Shown: positions 24,840 to 39,206 of the stretch, one piece after another
Layout: every line of letters begins with the position of its first letter
Position numbering within the stretch: the first letter of the stretch is position 1
Source: Octopus vulgaris
Lineage: Eukaryota
Assembly: GCA_951406725.2 (NCBI GenBank)
Contig: OX597832.1
Location: 47,864,001-47,928,000, forward strand
DNA length: 64,000 bases
Direction: 5' to 3'
Translations under genes and position numbers: made by a program
Notes under the pieces: model-generated
What the model saw: the letters and a program-made list of their open reading frames with translations, nothing else
Databases searched by the model: none
Told to the model about the DNA's origin: nothing

Positions 24840-25070
24840 CTTTATTTAAAAGCAGCAGAAATATAACAAAAGCTGTTACTCGGAGTTTCATGTTCCCCTT
24901 CGTCGGATAGTTTTGTTAAAAACTGTCCAACGAACGGGAACAGGAAACTCCGAGTAACAGCTTTTGTTATATTTCTGCTGCTTTTAAATAAAGCATATTA
25001 CTCTACCTCTGGTATTTGAGTACTCTTTTTTCCACCTTGTTTCACATTTATGTGCTTACTCCAGTATCTA
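24840..25070. mobile_element. Penelope-like inverted terminal remnant with two hammerhead-like motifs
   Basis: Hairpin 24840-24993; each arm carries ctgt/ctat-CC(G/A)ACGA...GAAACTCCGAGTA-acag; flanked by (TA)n. Confidence 0.6.
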
Positions 25071-28000
25071 TATATATATACATGATGGGCTTCTTTCAGT
25101 TTCTATCTACCAAATCCATTCACAAGGCTCTGATCACCCTGAATCAATAGTAGAAGACACTTGCACACAGTGGGACTGAACCTGGGGTGGTGGTGGATGT
25201 GGTTGAGAAGCAAGCTTCTTACCACACAGCCACTCCTGTGAAATGATTTCTTCTTTGTTACTTGTAGGCAAATTGGTTGCTCTGTGATATAAATTCAAGA
25301 TCTAATGATTGTGTGGTTAAGAAGCTTGCTTTGCTACCACATTGTTTAGGTTTCTATCCCTCTGCATGGCACCTAGAACAAGTGTCATTTACTAGAGCCT
25401 TGTGCCAACCAGTGCTTTGTGAGTGAATTTGGTAAATGGAAATTGTGTGGAAACTTGTCGTGTGTGTGTGTGTGTGTGTTTCAATGTGCATAAATGTTAA
25501 TATTCCATGTTTTTTACGATTTTAGTGAAATGATGATGATGATGTTGGCATTATGTCTGGACCCTCAGTGCTTAAGAAACCCACTGAAATAAAATATCTT
25601 GAAATTAGGGTCAGTAACTGGAAGAGCATCCGATTACAAAATCCTGTTTCTAAGTAACTTTCCATCTCAGCCATACCAGCATGGAAAAGTGGATGCTAAG
25701 ACAAACAAACAAAAATCTCTCTGTCTGTCTGTCTCTCTGTGTATGTGTATCAGTATCAGTAACAATTTATGGCATTTGGTTCCATACCAGTTACCATTTA
25801 ATATGTACTTGCAACTTTGCCATTCTTGATAAGTGTTTACTCTTTTACTCTTTTCAGTCATTTGACTGCGACCATGTTGGAGCACCGCCTTTAGTCGAGC
25901 AAATCTACCCCGGGACTTATTCTTTGTAAGCCCAGTACTTATTCTATCGGTCTCTTTTCCTGAACCGCTAAGTGACAGGGACATAAACACACCAGCATCA
26001 GTTGTCAAGCAATGCTAGGGGGACAGACAGACAGACACACACACACACACACATATATATATACACATATATACGACAGGCTTCTTTCAGTTTCCGTCTA
26101 CCAAATCCACTCACAAGGCATTGGTCGGCCCGGGGATATAGCAGAAGACACTTGCTCAAGATGCCACGCAGTGGGACTGAACCCGGAACCATGTGGTTGG
26201 TTAGCAAGCTACTTACCACACAGCCACTCCTGTGTTGGTTATGAAATAAATATCCCTTTATCATACTTTCACCTCTTTCAGTGCCATACCTTACCCCTGC
26301 TCCACCTGTTTGAGGAGTTCTTGTCTTGCGAGTTACTCAGTGACTTGATTAGTACTGTTGCCACATAAAATGTCACTTGGTACTCTCTATAAAGTGGTTG
26401 ACATCGGGAAGATTATCCAGCTATAGAAACAATACCTGAGCAGACATTGGGGCTCAGTGCAGTCCTCTGACTCATTGGCTCCTATCAAACTGTCCAATCC
26501 ATGCCAGCATGGAAAACAGATGTTAAATGATGATTATGATGATGTTGGACTAATGTCTATATGTATTTAGTTTCATTGTGAAATTAGGGCCACAAATGCA
26601 ATTTTTAACAACTTGGGATAATTATCATACTGACTATTTTGCTTGATTTTTTTTTTTTTTTTAATAATTTCTCTGGATTAGATTTGCCGCCTTGACTGGC
26701 ATGTAAAAACAACCAACCGATCGTGGCCATTGCCAGCCTCCCCTGGCACATAAACAGCACCCACTACACTCACGGAGTGGTTGGCGTTAGGAAGGGCATC
26801 CAGCTGTAGAAACAGTGCCAGATCAGACTGGAGCCTGGTGCAACCTCCCGGTTTCCCAGACTCCGGTCGAACCGTCCAACCCATGCTAGCATGGAGAACG
26901 GACGTTAAACGATGATGATGATGATGTAATAAAGGGAAAATGAATAAACTTTCTAGAAAATGAACTTGTGTTTAACAAAAGATTATCTTGTTCTGAATGT
27001 TATTGACTAAGTATTTTCTGTTATAAATCACAACTGAAAGAATTTATTGTACTAACCATCCGAACGTGGCCGTTGCCAGCGCCGCTCCGATTGGCCTCGT
27101 GCTGGTGGCACGTAAAAAGCACCATCCGATCGTGGCCATTGCCAGCCTCGTCTGGCACCTGTGTTGGTGGCACGTAAAAAGCACCCACTACACTCACGGA
27201 GTGGCTGGTGTTAGGAAGGGCATCCAACTGTAGAAACATTGCCACATCAGACTGGGCCTTGTGCAGGCCTTCTGGCTTCCCAGACCCCAGTTGAACCGTC
27301 CAACCCATGCTAGCATGGAAAGCGGACGTTAAACGATGATGATGATGAATCATTGATAAGGAACTTTCTTTAGTTTAGAAAGTTGCTAGCCAAGTGATTC
27401 TTTGTTGGATTAACCTGTTAAAAATGTGTTTAAACTGGCCATATCCAACCTGAATGTTCTACCTGTTTTAAGTTCAAACCATCCGAATTTGGCCTCTCAC
27501 ACTTACCCTACATTGTCATTCTAAAAGTAGACAACCATATCATTTGAAATCCTGGAGCTACAAGATAATACATGATTAATTCAAGTCAGTATGTATAAGT
27601 AGGTATATTCATTTGGTAAAGTAATCTGAATGCTAAAGAATTAACATTCTGTTTTCTACAGACGTCTGTTATAGAGAAGGTAGTCAGAATAATCCTGGTT
27701 CTGTGGGGTTCCTTAACTGGCCCTAGCTGGAGTTTCTTCTGTTTCAGGACTGCATTATTGAAGTTACCACATACATTATATACTATCACCATCTTTTACT
27801 TTTTTTTTCTCCCTGTTCTTTATGTAAATCCCTACACAAATTGATGTCTGTCTTTATGATGTCCCCTCCCCATCTATGTGGCTAATAAAAGAATTATTTT
27901 TATGGCAGCGAGCTGGCAGAATTGTTAGCATGCTGGGTAAAATGCTTAGTGGCATTTCTTCTGTCTTTACGTTCTGAGCTCAAATTCCACTGAGATCGAC

Positions 28001-29499
28001 TTTGCCTTTCATCCTTTCAGGGTTGATAAAATTAAGTAACAGTGAAACACTGGGGTCGATGTAATCAACTAGTCCCCTTTCCCCAAAAATTTCAGGCCTT
28101 GTACTTATAGTAGAAAAAATTATCATTATAATTCTAAGGCCGTGAGCTGGCAGAATCATTAGCACACCAGGTGAAATGCTTAGCAGTATTTCGTCTGTCT
28201 TTACGTTCTGAGTTCAAATTCCGCCGAGGTCGACTTTGCCTTTCATCCATTCGGAGTCAGTTAAATAAGTACCATTTACGCACTGGGGTCGATATAATTG
28301 ACTTAATCCGTTTGTCCTTGTTTGTCCCTTCTGTGTGTAGCCCCTTGTGGGCAATAAAGAAATAAGAAAGAATAATCATTATATTCTGCTGGGGATCAAC
28401 TTTGCCTTTCGTTCTTTCAGAGTCGATAAAATAAGTACCAGTTGAGCACAGGGGTCAGTGTAATCGACTAGTACCCTCCCCTGAAGTTTCAGGCCTTTTG
28501 TTTATAGGAGAGTGTCTATAGTGGAATTGTTATTATTTGTTTATTAATCATTTATTTCTATAACTTCTATTTATATATCCCTTAATGTCATAGTGTCTCC
28601 CTTTGGTTGATGTAAACCCCACCTGTTTTTGTGTGTTGTGCTTTGTCCTTCGATATTGTCTTCCAGGCCTTTGGCCCTTGTGGCCAATAAAAGAAATCAT
28701 CATCCCTATTATTATTATTATGGCACGTAAGAGAACCATCCGAATGTGGCCGTTGCCAGCGCCGCCCCGACTGGCCTCCGTGCCGGTGGCACGTAAAATG
28801 CGCCGTCCAATTGTGGCTGTTGCCAGCCTCGTCTGGGCCCCCGTGCCGGTGGCACGTAAAAGACACCATCCGATCATGGCTGTTTGCCAAGCCTCGTCTG
28901 GCACCTGTGCAGGTGACACGTAAAAAGCACCCACTACACTCACTGAGTGGTTGGCGTTAGGAAGGGCATCCAGCCGTAGAAACACTGCCAGATCAGACTG
29001 GGTCTGAAGCAGCCTTCTGGCTTCCCAGACTGACCCCAGTCGAACCGTCCAACCCATGCTAGCATGGAAAACGGACGTTAAACGATGATGATGAGTAGTA
29101 GTAGTAGTAGTAGTAGTATCATCATTGAAACACTAAATCTGCCATGCTGACAATTGCATTCAGCTACAGTCCAATTTATTCTCTCAGCTGACTGTACACA
29201 ACCCACTTTAATCTGATGAAGCTTGTACAAACTTCATTGCTCCTTCTCTCTTGGTTTTGTTTGTGTTTGTTTTAGTCCTTTTTTTTCCCTCCCCACTGAA
29301 CACTTGAATTAATTGGCTTTCTTCTAGTGTTTTCTTTTGTCAATTAGCTACTTTAACACCAGTTTTTTTTTTATTTATTGAATTATTTCTTCTTTTATCT
29401 TTCAAACTTTTTTTCTTCACATTCTCTTGAAAAGTTTATGTTAACCACTTTTTAATGATATCTCATTTGCTTTATAGTTAGCATATCATTCCAGGTACT

Positions 29500-30178
29500 G
29501 ATTATTATTATTATTGAGCGAGAGAGCAGTGCATGCCATCAAAGTGACACTGGGGTAAAATATACGAAGCCCAATATACCCATCATGACTACCTGTCTGA
29601 TAAGGGTACACCTGGCACATGCATCACAACCATATGCGCACGACATGGTGATCTCATATCAAGATAAATAGCACATGACCTTGCAGGTGGGGCCCAGTTA
29701 GAATTTTCTTCTGGTCGAGTAACCCATCCTGGTCAAAAGGTCCCTGAATAAGGGTTCTTTAAGGATGTTGAACGAAACACCCATGTTTCCAAAGATGAAT
29801 TATTCAAACCCCAAAGAATCCCTCTTGACACAGGGTTATGATGCTCCCCCACTACTTCTGAACGTGATCAGAGACGCACATATCATCAGCCACTAAGGGA
29901 CATGCTCAACTGGTTACGGTCAAACAACTGACAAGCAAATCTGTGGTATTGAGCAGAATATTTGCTGTAAAACCCATCTTTTATACCAAGACAAAACAAT
30001 GTACATGATAACACTTCCAATCAGTTAAGATCAGAAGCCATGAGAGCCACTGCCTGGTACTGCATCAGGGCAGTTATTATTATTATTATTATTATTGAGT
30101 GAGAGAGCAGTGCATGCCATCAAAGTGACACCAGGGTAAAATATACGAAGCCCAATATACCCATCATGACTACCCGTG
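29500..30178 (-). mobile_element. (AAT)n-tailed retroelement 3' region, one long and one short tandem copy
   Basis: gagagagcagtgcatgccatcaaagtgacac... repeats at ~29520 and ~30100, each beside an (ATT)n tract; a partial copy lies at about 22220-22380. Confidence 0.6.
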
Positions 30179-30478
30179 TGCTGACATTGCACAGCATACA
30201 ATATCCTGACATTGTTGATTGAAGGTATTTTGTCTACCTGGGGTTTGTACTGTTCGTCAAGTAACAACAAGGACCTCAGACAGACGCTTCCAACTGTCTG
30301 ACAGGTATCGACTAGATTTCCCGGGTGTGCTAGTGTGGACCTGGTCAAACCACATAATATATATATATTATTCGTTTCTGTCATTTGACTGTGGCCATGC
30401 TCTTGCCAAGCCGCTAAGTTACGGGGATGTAAACACACCAGCATTGGTTGTCAAGTGATGTTGGGGGTATAAACACAG

Positions 30479-30529
<51 letters not shown>

Positions 30530-30532
<3 letters not shown>

Positions 30533-31000
30533 TCATCATCATTTAGCGTCCGCTTTCCATGCTAGCATGGGTTGGATGGTTCAACTGGGGTCTGTGAAGC
30601 CAGAAGGCTGCTTCAGGCCCAGTCTGATCTGGCAGTGTTTCTACGACTGGATGCCCTTCCTAACGCCAACCACTCCGAGAGTGAAGTGGGTGCTTTTTAT
30701 GTGCCACCCGCACAGGTGCCAGACTGAGCTGGCAGACGGCCACGGACGGATGGTGCTTTTTACGTGCCACCCGCACAGGTGCCAGACGGAGCTGGCAGAC
30801 GACCACGGACGGATGGTGCTTTTTACGTGCCACCGGCACGGGGGCCAGGCGTGGCTGGCAACGGCCACGAACGGATGATGCTTTTTACGTGCCACCGGCA
30901 TGGAGGCCAGTCAGGGCGGCACTGGCAACGGCCACGATCGGATGGTTCGCTTACTTGTCACCGGCACTGGTATCACAGCTGCAATTTCCATTGATGTTGA
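30530..31000 (-). mobile_element. Family C retroposon with multiple ~60-bp head repeats and (GAT)n tail
   Basis: Repeated ggtggcacgtaaaaagcaccatccg units, then gtggttggcgttaggaagggcatccag and a (GAT)n tail; more than 12 copies in the window. Confidence 0.8.
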
Positions 31001-33624
31001 TCGGCTTCGATTTTGGTTCTGCTTTCTGATATCTGATTTGATTTGGTTTGATTTTGATTTTGATATATATATATGTGACAGGCTTCTTTCAGTTTCCATC
31101 TACCAAATCCACTCACAAGGCTTTGGTCAGCTCAAGGTTATAGTAGAAGTAGAAGACACTTGCCCAAGGTGCCACACAGTGGGACTGAACCTGGATCCAT
31201 GTGGTTGGTAAGCAAGCTACTTACCACACAGCCACTCCTGTGCCTATATATTTCAAAACTGAAATAGCATTAAACTACTGGTCTAATAGTATTAATGCCT
31301 GTAGTAGTAGTTTTAAGCTAGTAAGACTGTGCCACTGAGGGAGTGGGTGTTCTTAGTACAAAAACACATTCATGTTATCACCATCAATATTTGGTTTCAG
31401 CTAGTTATGACTATACTTAGTGATAAACTATGAGCTGATACCTAGCAACAGTATAGTCTTTTGATAAAAGAATAACCATTTTCGCTATTAAGTAGCTAAT
31501 GGTTTTACTTGTATATGTTAATATTTGCGTTTACCTACTACTAATTTCTGCCCACCATACATCTCTGCTGGAACCAGCAGATTTGCTTCTATGTGGTTAC
31601 TCTTGCTGCTGGAAATAATAGCTAAATCTCCCGTAGGATATGTAGCCATTGGTTACCTGTACATTGGTAAAAGACACGATCATCATGAGTGGAATACCTA
31701 TTTCTTTTACTACCCACAAGGGGCTAAAGGTTAAACACAGAGGAGACAAACAAGGACAGACAAACGGATTAAGTCGATTATATCGACCCCAGTGCGTAAC
31801 TGGTACTTAATTTATCGACCCCGAAAGGACGAAAGGCAAAGTCGACCTCGGTGGAATTTGAACTCAGAACGTAACGACAGACGAAATACCTATTTCTTTA
31901 TTACCCACAAGGGGCTAAACATAGAGGAGACAAACAAAGGACAGACAAACGGATTAAGTTGATTATATCGACCCCAGTGAGTAACTGGTACTTAATTTAT
32001 CGACCCCGAAAGGATGAAAGGCAAAGTCGACCTCGGCGGAATTTGAACTCAGAACGTAACGGCAGACGAAATACGGCTACGCATTTCGCCCGGTTTGCTA
32101 ACGTTTCAGCCAGCTCGCCGCCTTCCATGGGTGGGATGCCTTTAGTCAGTCAACAATCCGCTTCAAGGTTGACCTGGGGCTAAAATCAACTCTCTTCTGT
32201 ATGAAAACCAAATACTCGTCAACCCAATACTTTTGTCCATTGTTACCGTGACTCCTGCATCACAACCAGGGATGCATTAAGTGTCTGTGTGACCCTTTAG
32301 CATTCAGATTACCCTGTCAAATGTAATGCTTATTTATTCATATCCGTGCTGGTGGAACGTAATAAGCACCATTTCGGGCATGGGTCAGTGTTACTGCTGT
32401 CTGACTGGCTTCCCGTGCCGGTGGCACATAAAAATCACCATGTGAACATGGTTGATTCCAGTGCCCCTTGACTGGCTCCCATGCCGACGGCATGTATAAG
32501 CACCCTCGAACATACTCGATGCCAGAGCCCCGTTACTGGCTCCTGTGCCTGTGGCATGTAAAAAGCACCATCCAAACCTGGTCGATGCCAGTGCCCCCCC
32601 CCCCCCCCTACTGGGTCCTGCGTCGGTGGCATGTAATAAGCACCATCCGAACGTGGTTGATGCCAGTGCCCCGCCAACTGGCTCCCATGCTGGTGGCATG
32701 TGAAAAGTACCCACTATACTCTCAGAGTGGTTGGCATCTAGCTGTGGGAAGGGCATCCAGCTGTAGAAACCTTGCTAGATCAGATTAGAGTCTGGTGCAG
32801 CCTCCTGGCTTACCAGTCCTCAGTCAAACCGTCCAACCCATGCCAGCATGGAAGGCAGACATTAAACAATGATAATGATGACGTTTTGTGTTAATCATAC
32901 ACTATGTTGTAAGCTCTAAGATTTTGATGATGATTGTATATTTTTAGAATTATATCATAAGGTAGGGAGAAGGGGCTAGATTTGGCCAGTTTGAACACGA
33001 AGCAGGAAGAATATTTGAGCCTGATATGGCCAGATTGAATGCTGAAGGGTTAATGGTTACTGAGTGGCTGGTAAGATTTTTTTTGTGATTAATCTCTCTC
33101 TCATAAAAGGGCCCCATGCTAAAAACATTAGGAGTGGCTGTGTGGATAGGCGCAGGAGTGGCTGTGTGGTATGTAGCTTGTTTACCAACCACTTGGTTCC
33201 GGGTTCAATCCCACTGCGTGGCATCTTGGGCAAGTGTCTTCTACTATAGCCTCGGGCCGACCAAAGCCTTGTGAGTGGATTTGGTAGACGGAAACTGAAA
33301 GAATCCCGTCGTATATATGTATATATATATATGTGCGTTTGTGTCTGTGTTTGTCCCCCTAGCATTGCTTGACAACCGATGCTGGTGTGTTTATGTCCCC
33401 GTTACTTAGTGGTTCGGCAAAAGAGACCGATAGAATAAGTACTGGGCTTACAAAAGAATAAGTCCCGGGTTCGAGTTGCTCGATTAAAGGCGGTGCTCCA
33501 GCATGGCCGCAGTCAAATGACTGAAACGAGTAAAAGAGAGAGTATTCCTTTGCCTCATAGCATATACTTTTACTCTGCATTTATTTCTGTTTTTTCTTTT
33601 TGCATTTGTTGTTGCTGGTGCAGA

Positions 33625-33897
33625 TATACCACCTGTGTCATCTCTTGTGAAAGGTAGGAGAGTCCAGTTTGCTGGACATTGTTGTAGAGCTGAAAAAGAG
33701 GTAATTTCTACTCTCCTCCTCTGGAAGCCATCTACTCACAATACCAGAGGGCGCACACTCTCCTACTCTGATGTAATCTCCAGGGATACAGGCATCCAGC
33801 AACAGGACCTCCGTAATGCCATGATGGACCGTGAAGTCTGGCGTAGCATAGTAAATTCCATTGTCTCGACCACGGTCGAACGATGATGATGATGACG
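33625..33897 (+). mobile_element. RTE-type LINE 3' end
   Basis: RRVQFAGHCCRA...LLLWKP...RGR...DREVWRSIV* followed by a (GAT)n tail. Confidence 0.8.
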
Positions 33898-34518
33898 ACA
33901 ACTGATTCCCCAGATGCTGCCTTTGAAGCTGTCGGGCTAAAGTTGTCATTCATATCAAGGGCTTATAATGTTTAGAGGTTGGTCTCACGGGCATGTTTGT
34001 CTGGGCGAGGGACAAGTCACTCCCATTCCAACAATATGAAAGATAGGGATTCGTTTGAAAGAAGTACCATCAAGTACATGCATGATTGTCGGGGGGGTTA
34101 AGAAAGTTTGTCGTGCAACCAGGTTTGACCCGTGTGTGTGTGTGTGTATGCGATGGGCTTCTTTCAGTTTCTGCTTACCAAATTCCTTACTTATTCCTCG
34201 GTATCTTTTGCAGAACCACTAAGTTACGAGCATGTAAACACATCAGCATCAGTTGTCAAGCGATGGCGGTTGGGGGGAACAAACACAGACACACACGCAC
34301 ACATACAATGGGCTTCTTTCAGTTTCCGTCTACCAGATCCACTCACAAGCCCGAGGCTATAGTAGAAGACACTAACCCAAGGTGCCATGCAGTGGGACTG
34401 AACCCAGAACCACGGGGTTGGTAAGCAAGCTACTTACCACACAGCCACTCCTGCGCCTATAACTTTTAACTGCACAGCTTGTCAGTGAATTTGGTAGACA
34501 GAAACTGAAAGAAGCCTG

Positions 34519-34558
<40 letters not shown>

Positions 34559-34648
34559 TTAATCCAAAATATGAAAGCACAAAAAAACACAACAACGCGA
34601 GGACGTGGAACAAATATAGTATTATTGGACACTCAGGAAAGAAGGAGG

Positions 34649-34683
34649 GTTTAACGTTTCGAGCGGAGCTCTTCGTCGGAAAC
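34649..34683 (-). ncRNA. Minimal type I hammerhead ribozyme motif in a Penelope-like remnant (about 34557-34700)
   Basis: Minus strand GUUU-CCGACGA-A-GAGC-UCC-GCUC-GAAACGUU-AAAC: core with U4C variant, stem II, palindromic stem III, 4-bp stem I. Confidence 0.6.
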
Positions 34684-35222
34684 ATAGGAGAAGGGAAGAC
34701 TTATGTGTGATTGTGTTTGGCAACTGATGTTGGTGTGTTTACGTCACCATAACTTAGCAGTTCTGCAAAAGAGACTGATAGAATAAATATCAGGCTTTAA
34801 AAAAAAAAAAGTACTGGGGGTTGATTCGTTCGACAAAAAATTCTTCATGCCCCAGCATGGCCACAGTCTAATGACTGGAAGAAGTATAAGATAAAAGATA
34901 CCTATGCAAGTCTTAAAGTAGAAGCTTTTTCACATAGTCTCCTTGTGTATATTTGACTACTGTTGCTATTGCTACTTCTATAACAGTGCTCTCTCTCTCT
35001 CTCTCTCTATCACTCGATACTCTGTGCATTTATTTGGTTTTGCATATATGTGAGAGGCTGGAACGTCAGGTCTTTTTGATCATAGCTGCTCTGTCGAAGC
35101 TGGCCCGGGGCTAAAACCACAGCATCCACGACATTCACAGCTGCAACAACCTGGCTTGCGAGTCTCCTCCGTTTGCAGGCAGACTCTCACTTTCATGCAA
35201 AAGCCATCACCGGTTCCGTATC

Positions 35223-35507
35223 ACTGCTGCTGCTGCCGCTACTACTACTACTACCACCACTACTACTACTACTACCACCACTACTACCACCACTACTACT
35301 ACTACCACCACTACTACTACCACCACCACTGCTACTACTACCACCACTACTATTACCACCACCACCACTGCTACTACTACCACCACTACTACTACTACTA
35401 TTACTACCACTACTACTACCACCACCACTACTACTACCACCACCACTACTACCACCACCACTGCTACTACCACTACTACTACCACCACCACTACTACTAC
35501 CACCACC

Positions 35508-35542
<35 letters not shown>

Positions 35543-35546
35543 CACC

Positions 35547-35578
<32 letters not shown>

Positions 35579-35665
35579 CACCACTACTACTACCACCACC
35601 ACCACTACTACTACTACCACACCACCACCACCACCACCACTACCACCACCACCACCACCACCACT
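35223..35665. repeat. Compound (CAC/TAC)n trinucleotide microsatellite, ~440 bp
   Basis: Mixed cac/tac/tgc triplets; the poly-Val, poly-His/Tyr and poly-Pro/Leu ORFs derive from it. Confidence 0.95.
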
Positions 35666-36957
35666 AACCAGCACATCTATTGCTACTGCTAATAGTATGT
35701 TGATATGAGTTAGTTGTAAGGTTCGCAGTATTCCGGAGACTCTTTTATGAATTTTTTTTATTTTTGTTTTCTCTCCCTTTTTAGTCACCAAATGGACTTA
35801 GATTTCCTCTGCAAAACGAAAGACTAGATTACTATCTAGTCTATTTTTCAAAATTTTTTATAATTTTTTAAAATATATTTTAGGGGGTCATTTTAAGTGA
35901 GGCTTCATTTTCCTTTTCGTAACACATCTTCTATTTCCATCACTACTCCAATTATTATCATCATTGTTATTTTCTATGGCATCATCCTTGATCTCTTTGT
36001 AAAAAACCTGTAGCCCCCCCCCGGTTAATAAAGAGAAACCCCGCGGTGGTTGTTGTTGTTATTATTCCTTATTTATTTATTTATTTAGGCATTGAAAGGG
36101 AGTCAGAACCATTGCACCCTGGACAAAATGCTTAGCGGCATTTCATCTGTCTTTGTGTTCTGAATTCAAATTCCGAGGAGCTCAACTTTGCCTCCCATCC
36201 TTCTCGTGTAGATGTAATCGACTAGCCCCCCCCTCCTCCTGAATTTCAGGCCTTGTGCCAATCTTAGAAAGGATTATTATTATTATTATTATTTTATAAA
36301 AATAAAAAATAAAAAAATTTTTTTAAATTAATAAAAAGAATTAATTATTATTATTATTATTTTATAAAAATAAAAAAAAATTTTTTTTTTTAATTAAAAA
36401 GTGAAAAGAATTAATTATTATTATTTTTATTATTATTATTATCATCATCATCATCGTCATCATCATCATTATTATTATTATGGCAGCGAATGGGCAGAAT
36501 CAATTTACATGCCAGACAAAATGCTTAGCTGCGTTTCTTCCGGTGTTCAATGTTCGGAGTTCAAATTTAGCCGTCAACCTTGCCTTTCATCCCTTTGAGG
36601 ATGATAAAATAAAGTACCAGTTAAATATTGGTGTTGATGTAATCAACTACACCCATCTAAAATTGCTGGCCTTGTGCCAAAATTCGAAACCATGATTATT
36701 ATTATTTTTATTATTATTATTATTATTATTTTATTATTATTATTATTATTACGGAGATGTACTTGCATAGCGAGTGACTTGATCTGAGATCGTGTGCTGG
36801 AACGAAAACAATTGCAGCGTGGAAAGTGTTTATAAACTTGCTGGCCATGTGCCAAAATTCGAAACCATGATTATTATTATTATTATTATGTTTTTTCCTT
36901 CTTTCTTCAAATTTTCTTCTGGTTCTCGCCGAGTGTTTTCCATACATACACCTACTA

Positions 36958-37000
<43 letters not shown>

Positions 37001-39206
37001 TTGTAGTAGACAGAAAACTGCCATGGCATTATTTAAAATTTTGCAAAAACATATATATATTGATAATGATGGTATAGAAAATTGTGTGTTTTTGAAGAGA
37101 TCTGGACAGCCAATAAATTGGCATGTTTATGCATTAAGATTTTAGGAATTTAAATTTGAAATTTAGCCAATTTAAAAAAAAAAATTTTTTTAAGTAGATC
37201 AGAATAGGATGTATTTATAGACATCCACCCCTTACACACACCCAAGTTTAGCAGGTAACCTGTAAACAATATATATGATGAATAGCAGTTTTCTCTCTCT
37301 CTCTCTCTCTCTCTCTAGCATTGAGGAGTAGTAGGCTGACAGACATGATGTTTGCTGCTCACATGTGTGTGTGTGTTTGTGTGTGTGTGCAGTTTAGCCC
37401 TAGGATCAGATCTGGTCAAAGAGACCTGTGTACCAGATCATTCTCAGTGTAATCAGCCCATCCTTCCCCAGTCCTCGAACATAGTATATTTTTTGAGTAC
37501 ATAGCCGTGTTCTTCTTTTTATATGATGCAAGCTATAAACTTCCTCATCTGTCTGCCTATCTGATGGACACTTAACTTCATGGAGGAGAGTAAGGAGAGT
37601 GTTTTATAGTTTGCCAACATACACAAATGTCACTGTACTGTTTTTTTGCCATAGGATTCATGCTTACTGTATTAACACTGAAGCTCAGGCAGAGCAGATA
37701 TACAAGCACACACAACAGCTGCAAGCTTTGCTGAATCTACTTAGCCAAGCTCCAGTGCCTATGTGGTCTCTGCCAGATAGCATCAAGGTGAACGACCTGG
37801 TGTTTCACTTAGTGATTGCCTGAGATGATTCCAAATGTCCTCTTCTCTCTCACTTTCAGACAAATTGTCTTGTAACTCAGCACTTTTGATGATATGCGGA
37901 AGAAAAATCTCTAACTTGAAATACAGCTAAGGGTTAGCAACGGGAAGAGCACCTAGCTGTAAAAAAAAAGGCCTTCGTTACTGTTATTGTCAAGCTGTAC
38001 TAATATGGAAAAGCTTACTGAATGAGTAAATGAACGTACAAAGCATCAGTTTGAAACAGAAATGGGAATTGGATTCTCTTTACTCTTTTACTTGTTTCAG
38101 TCTTTTGACTGGCCATGCTGGAGCACTGCCTTTAATCGAGCAACTCGACCCCAGGATTTATTCTTTTGTAAGCCCAGTACTTATTCTATCGGTCTCTTTT
38201 GCCGAACCGCTAAGTAACGGGGACATAAACACACCAGCATCGGTTGTCAAGCAATGTTGGGGGGACAAACACAGACACACAACCATACACGTACACACAC
38301 ACACATATATATACATATATACGACGGGCTTCTTTCAGTTTCTGTCTACCAAATCCGCTCACAAGGCTTTAGTCGGCCCGAGGCTATAGTAGAAGACACT
38401 TGCTCAAGGTCCCACGCAGTGGGACTGAACCCGGAACCATGTGGTTGGTAATAAAGAAATAAGAATTTGGTAAGCATATCTCTCGCTTGATAAAGACCTT
38501 CCTTTAGTTGTGTCATTAAGATTTTTCTGAAAATAAATGAAGATTTCGGTTACGTTTATGTTTCAAAGATAACCAAAATAGAAGAGCATTCATCCAGCCA
38601 TTTGATATAGAAGGATTGACTTGAGGGAATAGAATTTGACTTTCTGTTCAGGATTTGCCAGTCTATGTTTAAATGTATAGGACAGGCATGTGGCGTCAGT
38701 AATTACTCAGGGTAGGCAGTTGGCGACTTTTATGGAGTAAAACACACAAAATAAGCGAAACACAGGTGTGCGACTGAGTTGAAGGTAGAGCTGTTTCTAC
38801 CTTTATATGTGTCGTAGGTGTCGTAGAAATGTATGCAGCACGTGTACTGCAGCAGTATTATGCATACCTTAAATACTGAGATTGAAAAGCAGGGGTGAAT
38901 TATGCCTACCTAATTTACAAATAGATTGGCATATTTCGGTCATATTATGCAGAGAAAATCCCTGGAGAAGGACATCATGCTTGGAATGGTCAGTGGCAAG
39001 AGAGGAAGAGGCTGACCAAGAACCCGCTGGCTTGACACCATCAAGAGGGATACCGGAATGCGTATACCTAAAGTTCGCATATGCCTGAACACTACTTAGA
39101 GCTGATACTGCTAAATAAATTCATGACTGCCCCAACAAGCTGCTCCACTTGGTCATGGGATAGGAATTTCTGATTTATACAGTTCAAGAATACACATACA
39201 CACGCA

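Noticed and set aside
35156-35791. Long poly-Val, His/Tyr-rich and Pro/Leu-rich ORFs
   Set aside because: All are translations of a CAC/TAC microsatellite that lacks stops in several frames; no support as an exon.
35740-36480. AT-rich quasi-palindromic duplicated stretches
   Set aside because: Low complexity with inflated homopolymers beside a long microsatellite; may reflect poor sequence quality.
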